Assembly (NCBI GenBank): GCA_046730015.1
Contig: JBKPHT010000012.1
Span: 1-44,039 of the forward strand
Length of the DNA: 44,039 nt
Direction: 5' to 3'
Origin: Actinomycetota bacterium
GTDB taxonomy: Bacteria; Actinomycetota; Acidimicrobiia; Acidimicrobiales; VFJN01
Positions 1 to 9,352 of this stretch are shown one piece after another. A model generated the notes under the pieces. The model had not been told where the DNA came from. It saw nothing but the letters and a program-made list of their open reading frames with translations, and did not search any database. A program made the translations under genes and the position numbers. The first letter of the stretch is position 1, and every line of letters starts with the position of its first letter.

Positions 1-76
1 GCCCCTCTAGCTCAACTGGCAGAGCAACGGACTCTTAATCCGCAGGTTCTGGGTTCGAGTCCCAGGGGGGGTACCA
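1..76 (+). tRNA. tRNA-Lys (anticodon CTT)
   Basis: Cloverleaf readable by eye: acceptor GCCCCTC/GGGGGGT, D-arm TAGCTCAACTGGCAGAGC, anticodon arm CGGA-CTCTTAA-TCCG, T-arm CTGGG-TTCGAGT-CCCAG, encoded ACCA end at 73-76. Confidence 0.97.
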
Positions 77-79
77 CAC

Positions 80-114
80 GAAGGCCCTGCTCAGTGGTGC
101 TGACCAGGGCCTTC
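80..114 (+). terminator. Hairpin directly after the tRNA (probable terminator or processing stem)
   Basis: GAAGGCCCTG-c-TCAG / CTGA-c-CAGGGCCTTC inverted repeat with a 5-nt loop; weak U-tract. Confidence 0.65.
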
Positions 115-155
115 CTCGTTCTCCGGATGGGTGTAAGGACCGCCCGGTCTGACAC

Positions 156-497
156 TTGACGAGCCTTACACCTTCTGAGTTCACCGTCACCGCCGGCCGG
201 TACGCAGATGGCGGAGTACGTCGCCTGCACCGCACCGTCCAGGCCCACACCGAGGCCGAGGCGACACGGGCGCTTGCTGCCTTCGTCGCAGAAGTCCGCC
301 GAGACCGGCTCCCCGAGCACCGGCGGGACCGCGAAATCACGGTCAATGAGGCGATCGACCAATTCCTCACGGAGCACCTGCTGAACGAGAAGGGCCGCGA
401 ACCCCGCACGGTCGACGACTACCGGCGACTGCACAGGAAGTGGTTCCGACGACGGACGACAAGTTGCTTGCCAACCCATGTGAGTGAGACGAAGTGA
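156..497 (+). pseudogene. N-terminal fragment of a tyrosine recombinase/integrase
   Basis: RRLHRTV...EAEATRALAAFVAEV (arm-binding-like) then ITVNEAIDQFL...REPRTVDDYRRL (core-binding-like). Breaks off after RKWF with no catalytic domain; sits next to the tRNA. Confidence 0.8.
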
Positions 498-583
498 ACC
501 CTGCGTGCGCCGCCGCTGCAGTAGCCGATCGTGTCGGCCGTCCAGGCGTGGTGGACGAGCCAGTGGTCGCCGGCCGGGCCGGT
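455..583 (-). pseudogene. Possible C-terminal fragment of a GH43-type glycoside hydrolase
   Basis: GPAGDHWLVHHAWTADTIGYCSGGARRVHFVSLTWVGKQLVV resembles the last blade of GH43 enzymes (W-x-x-Y/H-H-A-W ... R ... L-x-W-x-x-x-x-x-V). Recognised by eye only. Confidence 0.5.
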
Positions 584-719
584 GGCCCGGCTGCCACCAC
601 TCAGACGGGACCACGGGCAATGGTGATCGCCGCAGCGGGACGGCTTGTCGGCAGGGGACTGGTGTTGCCGGCGACGGTTGTCGGCAAGGGACCCCCGTGC
701 TGTTGGGCGGATCCTGCAG

Positions 720-2060
720 TCACCCGGCCGCGAGCAGCACGACCGACGTCTGAGGGGCCAAGGTGATCGTGGCTGGCGCTGGCGTGCCATCGATGCGGGT
801 GTAGCCGGCAGGGACCGTGAATGTGGCGCTGCCGATGTCTGGCTCGCGGGTGACGACGATCCCGCCATCGAAGTCCCGGCGGATGAACCCAGCCCAGTCG
901 TAGCGGGCACCTAGCGCGTCACCGAGGTCGAGCTGGAACCCTGCCCAGAAGTTGTCGGGGTTGACGATCTGCCACATCTCGGAGCCGACCATGTCGTTGC
1001 CTTCGGTCACCAGCAGATAGGTCGCCAGGTTGTGTTCGGCCTCCGTCATCGTCGACCCGACGTCGTCGTTCACGATCACGTTCGTGCCTTGGGCGTGGAC
1101 CCGGTCTATGAACGCCAGGAGCGTGCGGTATCCGTATGCGCCACCGGCGTCGAGGCCACCATCGTTGCCACCGTGTTCGATCATGACCCAGTCCGCGGCG
1201 GCGATCTCGCGAGACACGAACGGGTCACCGAAGGCGGTTTGGTCGGCGTACCAGATCGTGTTGTGGACGATCTCGATGCCCGGGAACTCGGCCCGGATCG
1301 CCTCGGTGAACTCGGCGAAGTAGCGCTGCCAGTCCGCCAGCGTCAGCAGCTGACCAGTGTTGGGGTCGAGGATCCGTGACGTGCTCGTGGTGCCGTTCGA
1401 GAACCGGAACACGAGGTTGGTGTCGTCGAGGTAGATGCCGTGGTAGCCGAGATCGACCTTGGCTTGGATCCGGTCGAGGAACCACTGCCGATAGGCAGGG
1501 TTGGAGATGTCGGCGGCGTACTGCGGGCAGGTCCCGCCTGAGCAGCCCCAGTCGATGAACACCTGCCGGCCAGTGTCGAAGTCGGTGAGGATCCATTCGG
1601 GGTGCTGCGCGTATTGGGGCCACGCCGGCTTGATGGCGTAGGCGTCGGTGTATTCGACGGTCCGGTCGTACCAGGTGAGCCGCGAGTCGAAGTAGGGCGA
1701 GTCCACAAGCATCCGGTGGTAGTTGTCCCGCATGAACTGCTTCTGGGCATCGGTGGGGTTGCTGGTCCACGGGTCGAGCGCCGACTTCGGCGTGAAGAAC
1801 TTGACGTCACCCGCGCCCGGCTGGGTTGGTGGTGTCGTAGCGGTCCTGGTCGGCGCGGTCGTGGTCGGGGTCGGGATGGTCGTGGTCGTCACGGGAGTAG
1901 TGGTTGTCGTCGTCGGTGCCGTCGTCGTCGTGGTAGAGACAGTCGCGGTCGTGGTGGGTTTGCGGTGGCGGTGGCCGGGTTTGTGGTGGGCCGCGGCCGG
2001 GGCGATCGCCGCAAGAACCAACAGCGCCAACAGCGCCAGCAGGACACCGGATCGCCTCAT
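720..2060 (-). CDS. Secreted putative glycoside hydrolase (TIM-barrel, 'GHL15'-like) with Thr/Pro-rich linker
   Basis: ATG 2060 follows GGGGAGG; Sec signal (LLALLALLVLAAIAPAAA); Thr-rich linker; motifs HPEWIL, YAADISNP, GIYLDD, IEHG, FIRRDFDGGIV. Confidence 0.75.
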   Translation of the reverse strand: MRRSGVLLALLALLVLAAIAPAAAHHKPGHRHRKPTTTATVSTTTTTAPTTTTTTPVTTTTIPTPTTTAPTRTATTPPTQPGAGDVKFFTPKSALDPWTSNPTDAQKQFMRDNYHRMLVDSPYFDSRLTWYDRTVEYTDAYAIKPAWPQYAQHPEWILTDFDTGRQVFIDWGCSGGTCPQYAADISNPAYRQWFLDRIQAKVDLGYHGIYLDDTNLVFRFSNGTTSTSRILDPNTGQLLTLADWQRYFAEFTEAIRAEFPGIEIVHNTIWYADQTAFGDPFVSREIAAADWVMIEHGGNDGGLDAGGAYGYRTLLAFIDRVHAQGTNVIVNDDVGSTMTEAEHNLATYLLVTEGNDMVGSEMWQIVNPDNFWAGFQLDLGDALGARYDWAGFIRRDFDGGIVVTREPDIGSATFTVPAGYTRIDGTPAPATITLAPQTSVVLLAAG

Positions 2061-2129
2061 GATCGTCGACCTCCCCAGCCCCGCCAACGGCGGATGCTAC
2101 TTCACGGTTCGGTCGCCTGGACCAGGCAC

Positions 2130-2609
2130 GCCGAGCGGTGGCTGCCGGGCCTGCCGGCCGAGGCGACCATCGCGCTGGATGATGTCGCCGGCGCGGTTCG
2201 GGAGGGGCTGCTGGCGTTGAGTTGCTCGGCTGGGCTGTTGGTGATGCCGCAGATCATGGCCGAGGAGATGACGGCGAAGGTCGGTCCGAAGGGCCTGCAC
2301 AGCCGGAGCGGATCGTGACCTGCGCGAGGGGCTTGAGGACATGTTCACAGTGCGCCGCCTCGTGAGCGACCGGCTCGCCCGCTCGCTGTCATGCACCAAC
2401 AGCATCGAGTCGATGATCTCAATCGTGCGGACCACCGCCGGGGTGAAGCGGTGGAAGGACATCCCCACCCAGCGCCGTTCGAGCCGAAGTCGCCTGTCGC
2501 GTCGCCGAAGGCGCCGGCGAGACCGTCACAGCACCGGAGTACGATCAGGCAGCAGCCTGAACCGAAATGGGACCGTCGGCCGAAGTCCCACAACGGTCGG
2601 GACATCCTC
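2130..2609 (+). mobile_element. IS256-family element, internally deleted and frameshifted remnant
   Basis: Fragments DVAGAVREGLLALS...MAEEMTAKVGPKG (N-term), LREGLEDMFTVRRL...LARSLSCTNSIESMISIVR...VKRWKD (C-term) and ETVTAPEYDQAAA*. Probable right end CCGAAGTCCCACAACGGTCGGGACATCCTC. Confidence 0.8.
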
Positions 2610-2903
2610 GGGCTCCCTACCCTGATCGAGAGCTCCTCAAGGAACGCTCCGAGCGTTTCCGTGCCCCAGGCTAAAAGTCGCCATGAGTCTTAGAAGTCAA
2701 TGGTCAGGCCCTGGAGTCAGTTGAACACGAGGCGGTGAGCAAACCAGCCGTCGAGTACGGGGTCGGATCGCGGCCAAGCCAGATGTCGCTCGTTGGCGGA
2801 ACGTCGTCGACTACAATCGCCGTCGTTGTCGAGTCATCCTGGCATCTGGCCAACCGGGGATGGCCCACGGCGACATCGGACTACGCCTCGGATCGGGAGA
2901 CCT

Positions 2904-4292
2904 ATGGTTGCGCAGTCGGCCCTATCTGTGCCCGCGCAGGCCACGCCGAGCCGACTATCCGGCTCCAATGGTTCCGGGATCGCATTTCGCCTGTACCTGC
3001 TGGCAGTCTTCCTGATGCCCCTGCAACTCGAACTGCAGCAGTTCCGGGGTGTCGTCGAGAGCCGACTTCCGCCCGGTGACTTGGTGCTTGTCGCCTCGAT
3101 CCTCCTCGCCCCGACGACCCTGAGGCTGATACGGCATCCGCTCTTCCTGCTGCCCCTATTCCTGCCCGTCGTCCTCGCATTCGGGATGTTGCTCGCCGTC
3201 GTGCAGCGAGGTGATGTGACCCCTCATGCGCTACGCGTGAAGTTCCTTGGCGCGTGGATCCTCGTCGCATGGTGCATCGTCACGGCCGCATATGCCCGTG
3301 CCGGCCACAGCAGAAAGATCCTGCGCGTCTGGGTGATCGGCATGGCAGTGTGGGCCGTGGTCGCCTACATCGACTGGCGGGTCGTCGACCTCATCTCCTT
3401 TCTCGAGTTCGATGAGCCGACACGTTTTGGTGGGATGCAGTTCGACGTGAATAACGCAGGAGCGGCCTACGGCGTCGCAGTCATTGTGCTGTGGCGCATG
3501 GGTGGAGAACTCTTCCGATCGACCGTGGCCCGGACCCTGGCGCTCGCCACCTGTCTCGCGGCCCTGGCGCTCACGCTCTCGCGCGGTTCTTACGTCGCAG
3601 TCGCCGCGGCCGTGATCGTCGTGCTCGCAGTGACCAGGAGCACCGCCAAGAACTGGGCGAGGTACGCAGGCTTCGTTCTGGTGGTGCTGGTGGTCGGGCT
3701 CGCCACAGGGTTCCTCGGCTCCGCGTTGCAGGACTTCGCCAATCGGCCGGACACCGTGTTGGAGCGTGAGGATCTGACCGCGGAGGCGCTGGACTCGTTC
3801 GCCGAGTCGGATGGCCTCGGGATCGGCCTCGGATCCCAGTTGGCCGACACCGACGCTCGGCTCGACGTGAGCCAACAGGAGGGCGGACAGATCGTTCACA
3901 ACACTGCGATCTGGCTCCTGGTTGAGATGTCTGTGGTCGGTATCGTCTTCTTGGCCGCAATGGCCGTACTGCCCATTCAGGTAGCGCTGAGGATGAGAGC
4001 CTTCGACCGCCAGCTGGCATTGGCTCTTCTGGGATCGCAGATCGTGATGCTGGTTGCGTCTATCGGCATCGAAGCGCTGTATCAGCGCCAATGGTGGCTG
4101 ATCATTGGCTTGGCGATGGTGCAGCCGGGCGAGTCCAGGGCAACCGGAGCTCCGCGCGCCGACGCTGACTCAGCGCTTGACGGTGCTCAGTCGGGTCCGA
4201 TGTGGCGGCAACGTGCCGCTAGTACGAGATCAGCCGGCCGACCTTCTACAATTGGCAGCGCCAGTGCGAGGAGTTCGGCGAGGAGGGGTTGA
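2904..4292 (+). CDS. O-antigen ligase / Wzy-polymerase family membrane protein
   Basis: Many hydrophobic segments; motifs RFGG..DVNNAG, LTLSRGSY, GIGLG, HNTAIWLLVE; ATG 2904 follows GGGAGA. Confidence 0.85.
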   Translation: MVAQSALSVPAQATPSRLSGSNGSGIAFRLYLLAVFLMPLQLELQQFRGVVESRLPPGDLVLVASILLAPTTLRLIRHPLFLLPLFLPVVLAFGMLLAVVQRGDVTPHALRVKFLGAWILVAWCIVTAAYARAGHSRKILRVWVIGMAVWAVVAYIDWRVVDLISFLEFDEPTRFGGMQFDVNNAGAAYGVAVIVLWRMGGELFRSTVARTLALATCLAALALTLSRGSYVAVAAAVIVVLAVTRSTAKNWARYAGFVLVVLVVGLATGFLGSALQDFANRPDTVLEREDLTAEALDSFAESDGLGIGLGSQLADTDARLDVSQQEGGQIVHNTAIWLLVEMSVVGIVFLAAMAVLPIQVALRMRAFDRQLALALLGSQIVMLVASIGIEALYQRQWWLIIGLAMVQPGESRATGAPRADADSALDGAQSGPMWRQRAASTRSAGRPSTIGSASARSSARRG

Positions 4293-4367
4293 GGGTCACC
4301 GGGCTCGGCACCAATCCGAGCTGTCAGTGGCCAGCCGCATCACGCAACCCGTGACGCTTCGGCAGAT

Positions 4368-5759
4368 CTACACCACTCGGTGGGACTCACCCCTTTCGGT
4401 GTCGAACTGACGGAGGTCGTTTACAGCCGAGGTCTCCCTTGCGAGAGGAGACTCGGATGGACGAGCGGGAACAGCGGCGCAAGATCCGGCACCGCCCAGC
4501 GGTTGCTTCGAGATGCGGAGCAGGTGTCGGGGAAGCGCGCGGTAACGCCGCCACGTCACCCACGCCCCGAACCAGGTCGCCACCGCCAAACCGAAGGCGC
4601 CGCCGTCGACGCCGGCCAGCTGGAGGCCGACGACTGCTGCCACCCAGGTCGCAAGGGTCCCAACGATCCGAGACTCGAGCGTCTCGGCCGACGCATCCGC
4701 GATCATGAGTCCCACCGCGGGACCGCGCAAGAAGGCGAGCCCCAGGAAGCGTAGGAGGGTCGCGGTGAACAACGCCGCGGTGATGCCGTTGGCCGAGAGC
4801 GCGAAGGGGCCGGAAGGCAACCCCAACGCCTCGACGGCGAGCAGACACCCTGCCCAGCCCAGGGTGATCGCCGACACTCCAGCGATGACCTGCAGCGGGA
4901 TGCGCTTGTCCACCACGTGCACGCCCAGCTTTCTGATCTGGCTGGGTATGGTGATCGCCCCCGCTGTTGTGTTGACGACGCTCAGCGGAGAGAAGACGAC
5001 CACCGCCGCGGCGAGCGCACCGGTCGCCTCGGTGCCGACGATGACTGCGGTCGCGATCAGAGGAACGATGAACACGCTGCGGCTGAGAAGTCCGGCGAAG
5101 CCGTATCGGATGGCCTGCGGACCCGTCGCCAGCCAGAACGTCCTGAGCTGGCGGCGGCCCCGAACCACGCCCGCGCGTATGAGCGGTGCCGCGCTGATGG
5201 TTCCCCCGGCCAGCCAGACGGCGAGATAGGCGGTGGGAGATCCTCGCCAAGGGCTGAGGGCGTCGACGAGCGCGCCGCCGAGCACGACGGCGAGCCAGAT
5301 CGAGTCGGCCCTCAGCACCCCGAGCTGATCGTGGCGGGCGAACCGCAGCCCGCGGAGCGTGTACTGCGACACCAGACCTGGCGTGCCGAATGCGACTAGG
5401 AGCAGTGAGAGTCCGAGCGGGCCGCCGACGACGACTCCGGCGATCGCGATCGGGACGGCCAGGGTCGCGCCAAGTACCAAGGCAGCGCCAGCCGTCCCGT
5501 CGCTGAGAGATTGGCGCTCTGCATCAGCGAGTTCACGCGACCCCTGGATGAGCGCTGCCGAACCTGTGGACGCTTCCCCTATCGACACCATGACGAGACC
5601 GAGTTGGTAGGCGATGGAGAACCGCCCGAACTCCGCGAGGTTGCCTGATGAGAGCGCGAGCGCTGCGGCCGCGAAGTTCGTGATGCTCGCCGTTCCCTGC
5701 GCAGCGGCCGCGAGTAACCACGCCCGCGAGGGCCTCGTCTTCCGAGTGAACTGTCTCAC
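4368..5759 (-). CDS. Polysaccharide flippase (Wzx-like)
   Basis: Polytopic membrane protein; QGTASITNF...EFGRFS N-terminal pattern, YTLRGLRFA, GALAAA...FSPL; polysaccharide-cluster context. Confidence 0.75.
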   Translation of the reverse strand: MRQFTRKTRPSRAWLLAAAAQGTASITNFAAAALALSSGNLAEFGRFSIAYQLGLVMVSIGEASTGSAALIQGSRELADAERQSLSDGTAGAALVLGATLAVPIAIAGVVVGGPLGLSLLLVAFGTPGLVSQYTLRGLRFARHDQLGVLRADSIWLAVVLGGALVDALSPWRGSPTAYLAVWLAGGTISAAPLIRAGVVRGRRQLRTFWLATGPQAIRYGFAGLLSRSVFIVPLIATAVIVGTEATGALAAAVVVFSPLSVVNTTAGAITIPSQIRKLGVHVVDKRIPLQVIAGVSAITLGWAGCLLAVEALGLPSGPFALSANGITAALFTATLLRFLGLAFLRGPAVGLMIADASAETLESRIVGTLATWVAAVVGLQLAGVDGGAFGLAVATWFGAWVTWRRYRALPRHLLRISKQPLGGAGSCAAVPARPSESPLARETSAVNDLRQFDTERGESHRVV

Positions 5760-6259
5760 GGCTGACCCCGTGTCCGAGGGAATTCGATCACCGTGTCGCG
5801 TCCCCGACCGGCAACGATGCTCATGCCCATGCGATCCACTCCTGCATCGTCCGGGAAGCGATCCGGCGCCCGCGTACGCTCTGGCGCTCCGACACTGGAT
5901 TGCTCGATCGACCCGTCATAGGAATCGTTGCCGATCCCGACGGCGTCGGCTTCCGGGATCGTGGGTTCCGTCCAGGACAGGACATGATGGGCCCGAACTC
6001 GACGCTCGTGCGCTGGAGCACGAGCGTCGACCGGCGGTGCGACCGGTGTTCCCGGGCGCGGGCGGCTGCATCATCGACTCGGTCCGGGGCCAAACTTCTC
6101 GCTCGGGACGGGTTCCCGAGACTACTACTGGATGGTGGCCGATAACGGCGGCGCCTTCGTGATCGGTGCCCGGTTCAGGGCTCCCTTCCCGGCTCGGGCG
6201 TCAAATTCGAGGGCCTGGTCGCTCCGGTGAACGGCATGACACCGTCCGGCGCCGGCAAC

Positions 6260-8383
6260 CTATTGGTTGGCGGCGACGGAGGAGTGTTCACGGCCTCCTA
6301 ACTGCCAGTCGCACGTCGCTGTCGACGTCGTCGACAGCGACGTCGTCGGGCTTGTGCCGTTGATGGCAACGGGCTGAGGGCCGCGGCTCCTGACGTGTGA
6401 TGCATCGCGCATTGCCCGTGCGGACCGGAAGATCGCCAGGAACTCGTCCGCCACCTTGTCCACCGACCACTCGGCACGGGTCAACTGGGCTCGATGGGCA
6501 CGTTCGACGCTTGGACGATCAGGAAGCGTCGACGTCGTCGCAGCAGCGACGACGTCGTGCACGGAGTCGCAGACCGCTCCCATGTTCAGCGATACCGCCT
6601 CGCTACCGCCGACGTCGGTCGTGAACACCGGCAATCCTGTTGCCATGGCTTCAAGAATGACGAGACTGAATCCTTCTCCGAGAGAGGCCACTACAAGGGT
6701 GTCGGCGGCACCCATGAGCCGTGGGATGTCACGACACCATCCGGCGACTTCGACGCGACTGCCCCCTTCCTGCTCGACACGAGCTCGCTCGGGACCGTCG
6801 CCGACGAAGACCAGCCGGTTGCCCTCGGGTGCGCAATCACGCCAACACCGCGCCAGCGCAACTTGGTTCTTGCGGTGGCTGAGCTCGCCGACGCAGAGGT
6901 GGACCCGCTCGTACGGCGCCCAACCGCGAGCGGCGCGGATCTGCTGCCGCTCCTCGTCGTCGAGTGACCGGAACCCGGTGAGGTCGACGACGGGCCGCAC
7001 CTGTGTGCTGGACCGGCCGGAGGGAGCATCGTGCTCCTCGTGAGTGCTCAGCGTGAGGAGCAGGTCGGTTCGGGGATCGAGCATCCGCTCGACGAGACGA
7101 ACGATGCGAGCCCCCGCCGCGGTTCGAGCGGAGAGATGCCCCCAACCGTGAGGCTGGTAGATCAGCGGGACATCGAGGTGACGCAGGCGCGCTGCGATCC
7201 CTGCGAATGTCGCATGCGCATGGACGAGATCGATGCGCTTCGAGTCGATGAGGCGTCTGATCTCCGCGGCGATCCGGTAGGCGTCGACCGGACGACGACG
7301 CCAGTGCCGGCAGGTCAGAGAGTCCGCCCAGGCGTCGAATGGCCACGGCTCGGTGCCTTGCCCAGCGTCCGCCGCCGCGGCGGCGAGTACATGCTGTTCG
7401 ACTCCACGGTCTGCCAGCGCCCGTCCGAGCGCATCGACGTACGCCGGAACGCCGGCGATTCGCGGCTCGAGAACGTGCAGCACCCGCATGCCGGTCGCCG
7501 GTTGCATGTCGGTTGCCTTCGCCGCATCCGGATTGGGACCAACGACCTCGACGGTCTGACTTCCTGGGTCGGATCGCTCTGATCGACAGGATGGCGCATC
7601 GCGAGATCCGTTCAGGCGGATGACGGCTGGCGCCGCAGTATCGTTGCTCTCTTCGGGCTCGTCGTTCTTTCTGGTGCGGCCCAGCAGAACGGCGAAGGTC
7701 CGCAGCACGATCGCCAGGTCGCGCCGAAATGTCAGGTCACCGACGTACTCCTCATCCATTTGGACGTTGAGGTGCACGAAACCATCGCGGTTCTCGGAGA
7801 CCTGCCATGCGCCCGTCATGCCGGACCGGACCATGTGGCGGGGATGGTCGATGAGATCGAACGCCGCTGCGACCTCGGGCAGTTCGGGCCGGGGGCCAAC
7901 CAGACTCATGTCGCCCTTCAGGACGTTCCACAATTGCGGCAACTCGTCAAGGGCGGAGCGACGGATGAATCTGCCGAAGGGCGTGTGGCGGAGGCTGTCG
8001 TCGGCTGCGTGGAACCGACTCGCTCCAGCAACGTCGTCGGGCACGGCCGACTCGGGCAGCATCGAGCGGAACTTGTACATCGTGAAGGGCCGGCGCCCCC
8101 TGGTGAGCCGCACCTGGCGGAAGATGACGGGAGGCCCCATCGTCACACGGACGCCCACCGCGACAGCGAGCATGAGAGGCGTCGTCAGCAGGAGCAGGAT
8201 TGCCGAACCGACGATGTCAACAGGACGCTTGACATACCTCTCGTATCGGGTCCCGCGACGCTCGGTCGGTTCGAGGCCGTGGGCCTGCTCGTGCGGTGTG
8301 CGATGCGTTAGAACTATCGATACGCGACGATCGGCATGGCCGAACAACAACGTCCACGCTGCATTGCCCTGTGTCCCACCCAC
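6260..8383 (-). CDS. Priming phosphoglycosyl transferase fused to a GT4 glycosyltransferase (true start probably somewhat downstream of 8383)
   Basis: N-domain KRPVD...FRQVR...KFRSM...LDELPQLWNVLKGDMSLVGPRP; C-domain VHAH, VGELSHRKN, EGFSLVILEAMATGLPV. Confidence 0.92.
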   Translation of the reverse strand: MGGTQGNAAWTLLFGHADRRVSIVLTHRTPHEQAHGLEPTERRGTRYERYVKRPVDIVGSAILLLLTTPLMLAVAVGVRVTMGPPVIFRQVRLTRGRRPFTMYKFRSMLPESAVPDDVAGASRFHAADDSLRHTPFGRFIRRSALDELPQLWNVLKGDMSLVGPRPELPEVAAAFDLIDHPRHMVRSGMTGAWQVSENRDGFVHLNVQMDEEYVGDLTFRRDLAIVLRTFAVLLGRTRKNDEPEESNDTAAPAVIRLNGSRDAPSCRSERSDPGSQTVEVVGPNPDAAKATDMQPATGMRVLHVLEPRIAGVPAYVDALGRALADRGVEQHVLAAAAADAGQGTEPWPFDAWADSLTCRHWRRRPVDAYRIAAEIRRLIDSKRIDLVHAHATFAGIAARLRHLDVPLIYQPHGWGHLSARTAAGARIVRLVERMLDPRTDLLLTLSTHEEHDAPSGRSSTQVRPVVDLTGFRSLDDEERQQIRAARGWAPYERVHLCVGELSHRKNQVALARCWRDCAPEGNRLVFVGDGPERARVEQEGGSRVEVAGWCRDIPRLMGAADTLVVASLGEGFSLVILEAMATGLPVFTTDVGGSEAVSLNMGAVCDSVHDVVAAATTSTLPDRPSVERAHRAQLTRAEWSVDKVADEFLAIFRSARAMRDASHVRSRGPQPVAINGTSPTTSLSTTSTATCDWQLGGREHSSVAANQ

Positions 8384-8542
8384 TGGTCCGCGCCCGCTCT
8401 CTCCCAGCGCCCCTATTGCGTCCGCGCCGTCCGGAGGGCTGGTTCACCCTCCGTTCATGACAAACCGACTGTACGTTCATGTAAACGAAGGCCGCAACGC
8501 CTGGTTACACATCTCGTATTGCAGTTTCATGACGATTCACGT

Positions 8543-9352
8543 TCATGACGATTCGGTGACGGATGTGCGCGGCGGCTTGCTGGGTCGGCAGATAAACAGG
8601 TGCTCATCGGTACGCAGCCCATATCGACGGCGGATGTCCTCGTCGATGCCCGTCGCCCAGTCGACCCTCACCTCGAACCCCGAGGATTCGAGACGGTTCC
8701 CGAGGTCGGGTCCGTACAGACGTACGTGACTGCGTTCACCAAACAGTCGCTCGCGTTCGACAGGATCGGTGATTGACGGATTCTCGTGAGTCGGCGCGTC
8801 CATGCGGAGCGGAACGCTGACGATGGCTACCCCGCCGGGCCCGAGCGACTGGCGCAACTCGCTCATCACACGCAGGTCGTCGTCGACGTGTTCGAGCACG
8901 TGAGTGCAGAGCGCGATGTCGAAGGATTCCGGCCGGACCGGGAGGAACCTGGCGTCGCCGACCACGTCGACGTGCCGGCCGTCCGATCGCAGGTCGATCC
9001 CCACGTGGGCGACGCCGGGGAGACGGCGCAGTCCCCTCGCGAGCGACGGCCAGGGCGCGACTTCGAGCAAACGAACGGACCCATCGCGGAGAAGCCCGTG
9101 CTCCTCAAGGTGTAGCCAGAGGCGACGGTGGCGAGCCTTGGCATTGCACCGCGGGCAGTAGCCGTCGCTGTTGCTGCGAACTGTGCCCCACCGACCGACG
9201 AAGCCACGCAACGACCACCCGCAGCAGGGGCACACATAGCGCCTTCCTGCGAAGACGACGCCGCGCACGAGCAGCACCATCGCCTTCAGGGCTGCACCAC
9301 GGTGTCCTCGCAGCCGCCCGGCCGCCCGGTGTGGCAACGAGGAGAGATTCAT
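8543..9352 (-). CDS. Class I SAM-dependent methyltransferase with N-terminal Cys cluster
   Basis: CPCC...CPRC...RHR, LLEVAP, FDIALCTHVLEHV, FGERSHVRLYG; ATGA overlap with the upstream gene at 9349-9352. Confidence 0.85.
   Translation of the reverse strand: MNLSSLPHRAAGRLRGHRGAALKAMVLLVRGVVFAGRRYVCPCCGWSLRGFVGRWGTVRSNSDGYCPRCNAKARHRRLWLHLEEHGLLRDGSVRLLEVAPWPSLARGLRRLPGVAHVGIDLRSDGRHVDVVGDARFLPVRPESFDIALCTHVLEHVDDDLRVMSELRQSLGPGGVAIVSVPLRMDAPTHENPSITDPVERERLFGERSHVRLYGPDLGNRLESSGFEVRVDWATGIDEDIRRRYGLRTDEHLFICRPSKPPRTSVTESS

Noticed and set aside
639-692. Imperfect direct repeat GACGG(C)TTGTCGGCA(G/A)GGGAC, two copies
   Set aside because: Only two degenerate copies in decayed DNA; no function can be argued.
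1820-1960. Repetitive GTC/GTG-rich tracts here and at 25750-25960
   Set aside because: They encode Thr/Pro-rich protein linkers and are not independent DNA repeats.
5760-6259. Short ORFs between the flippase and the PGT-GT4 gene
   Set aside because: No motifs or convincing starts in any frame; left unannotated.
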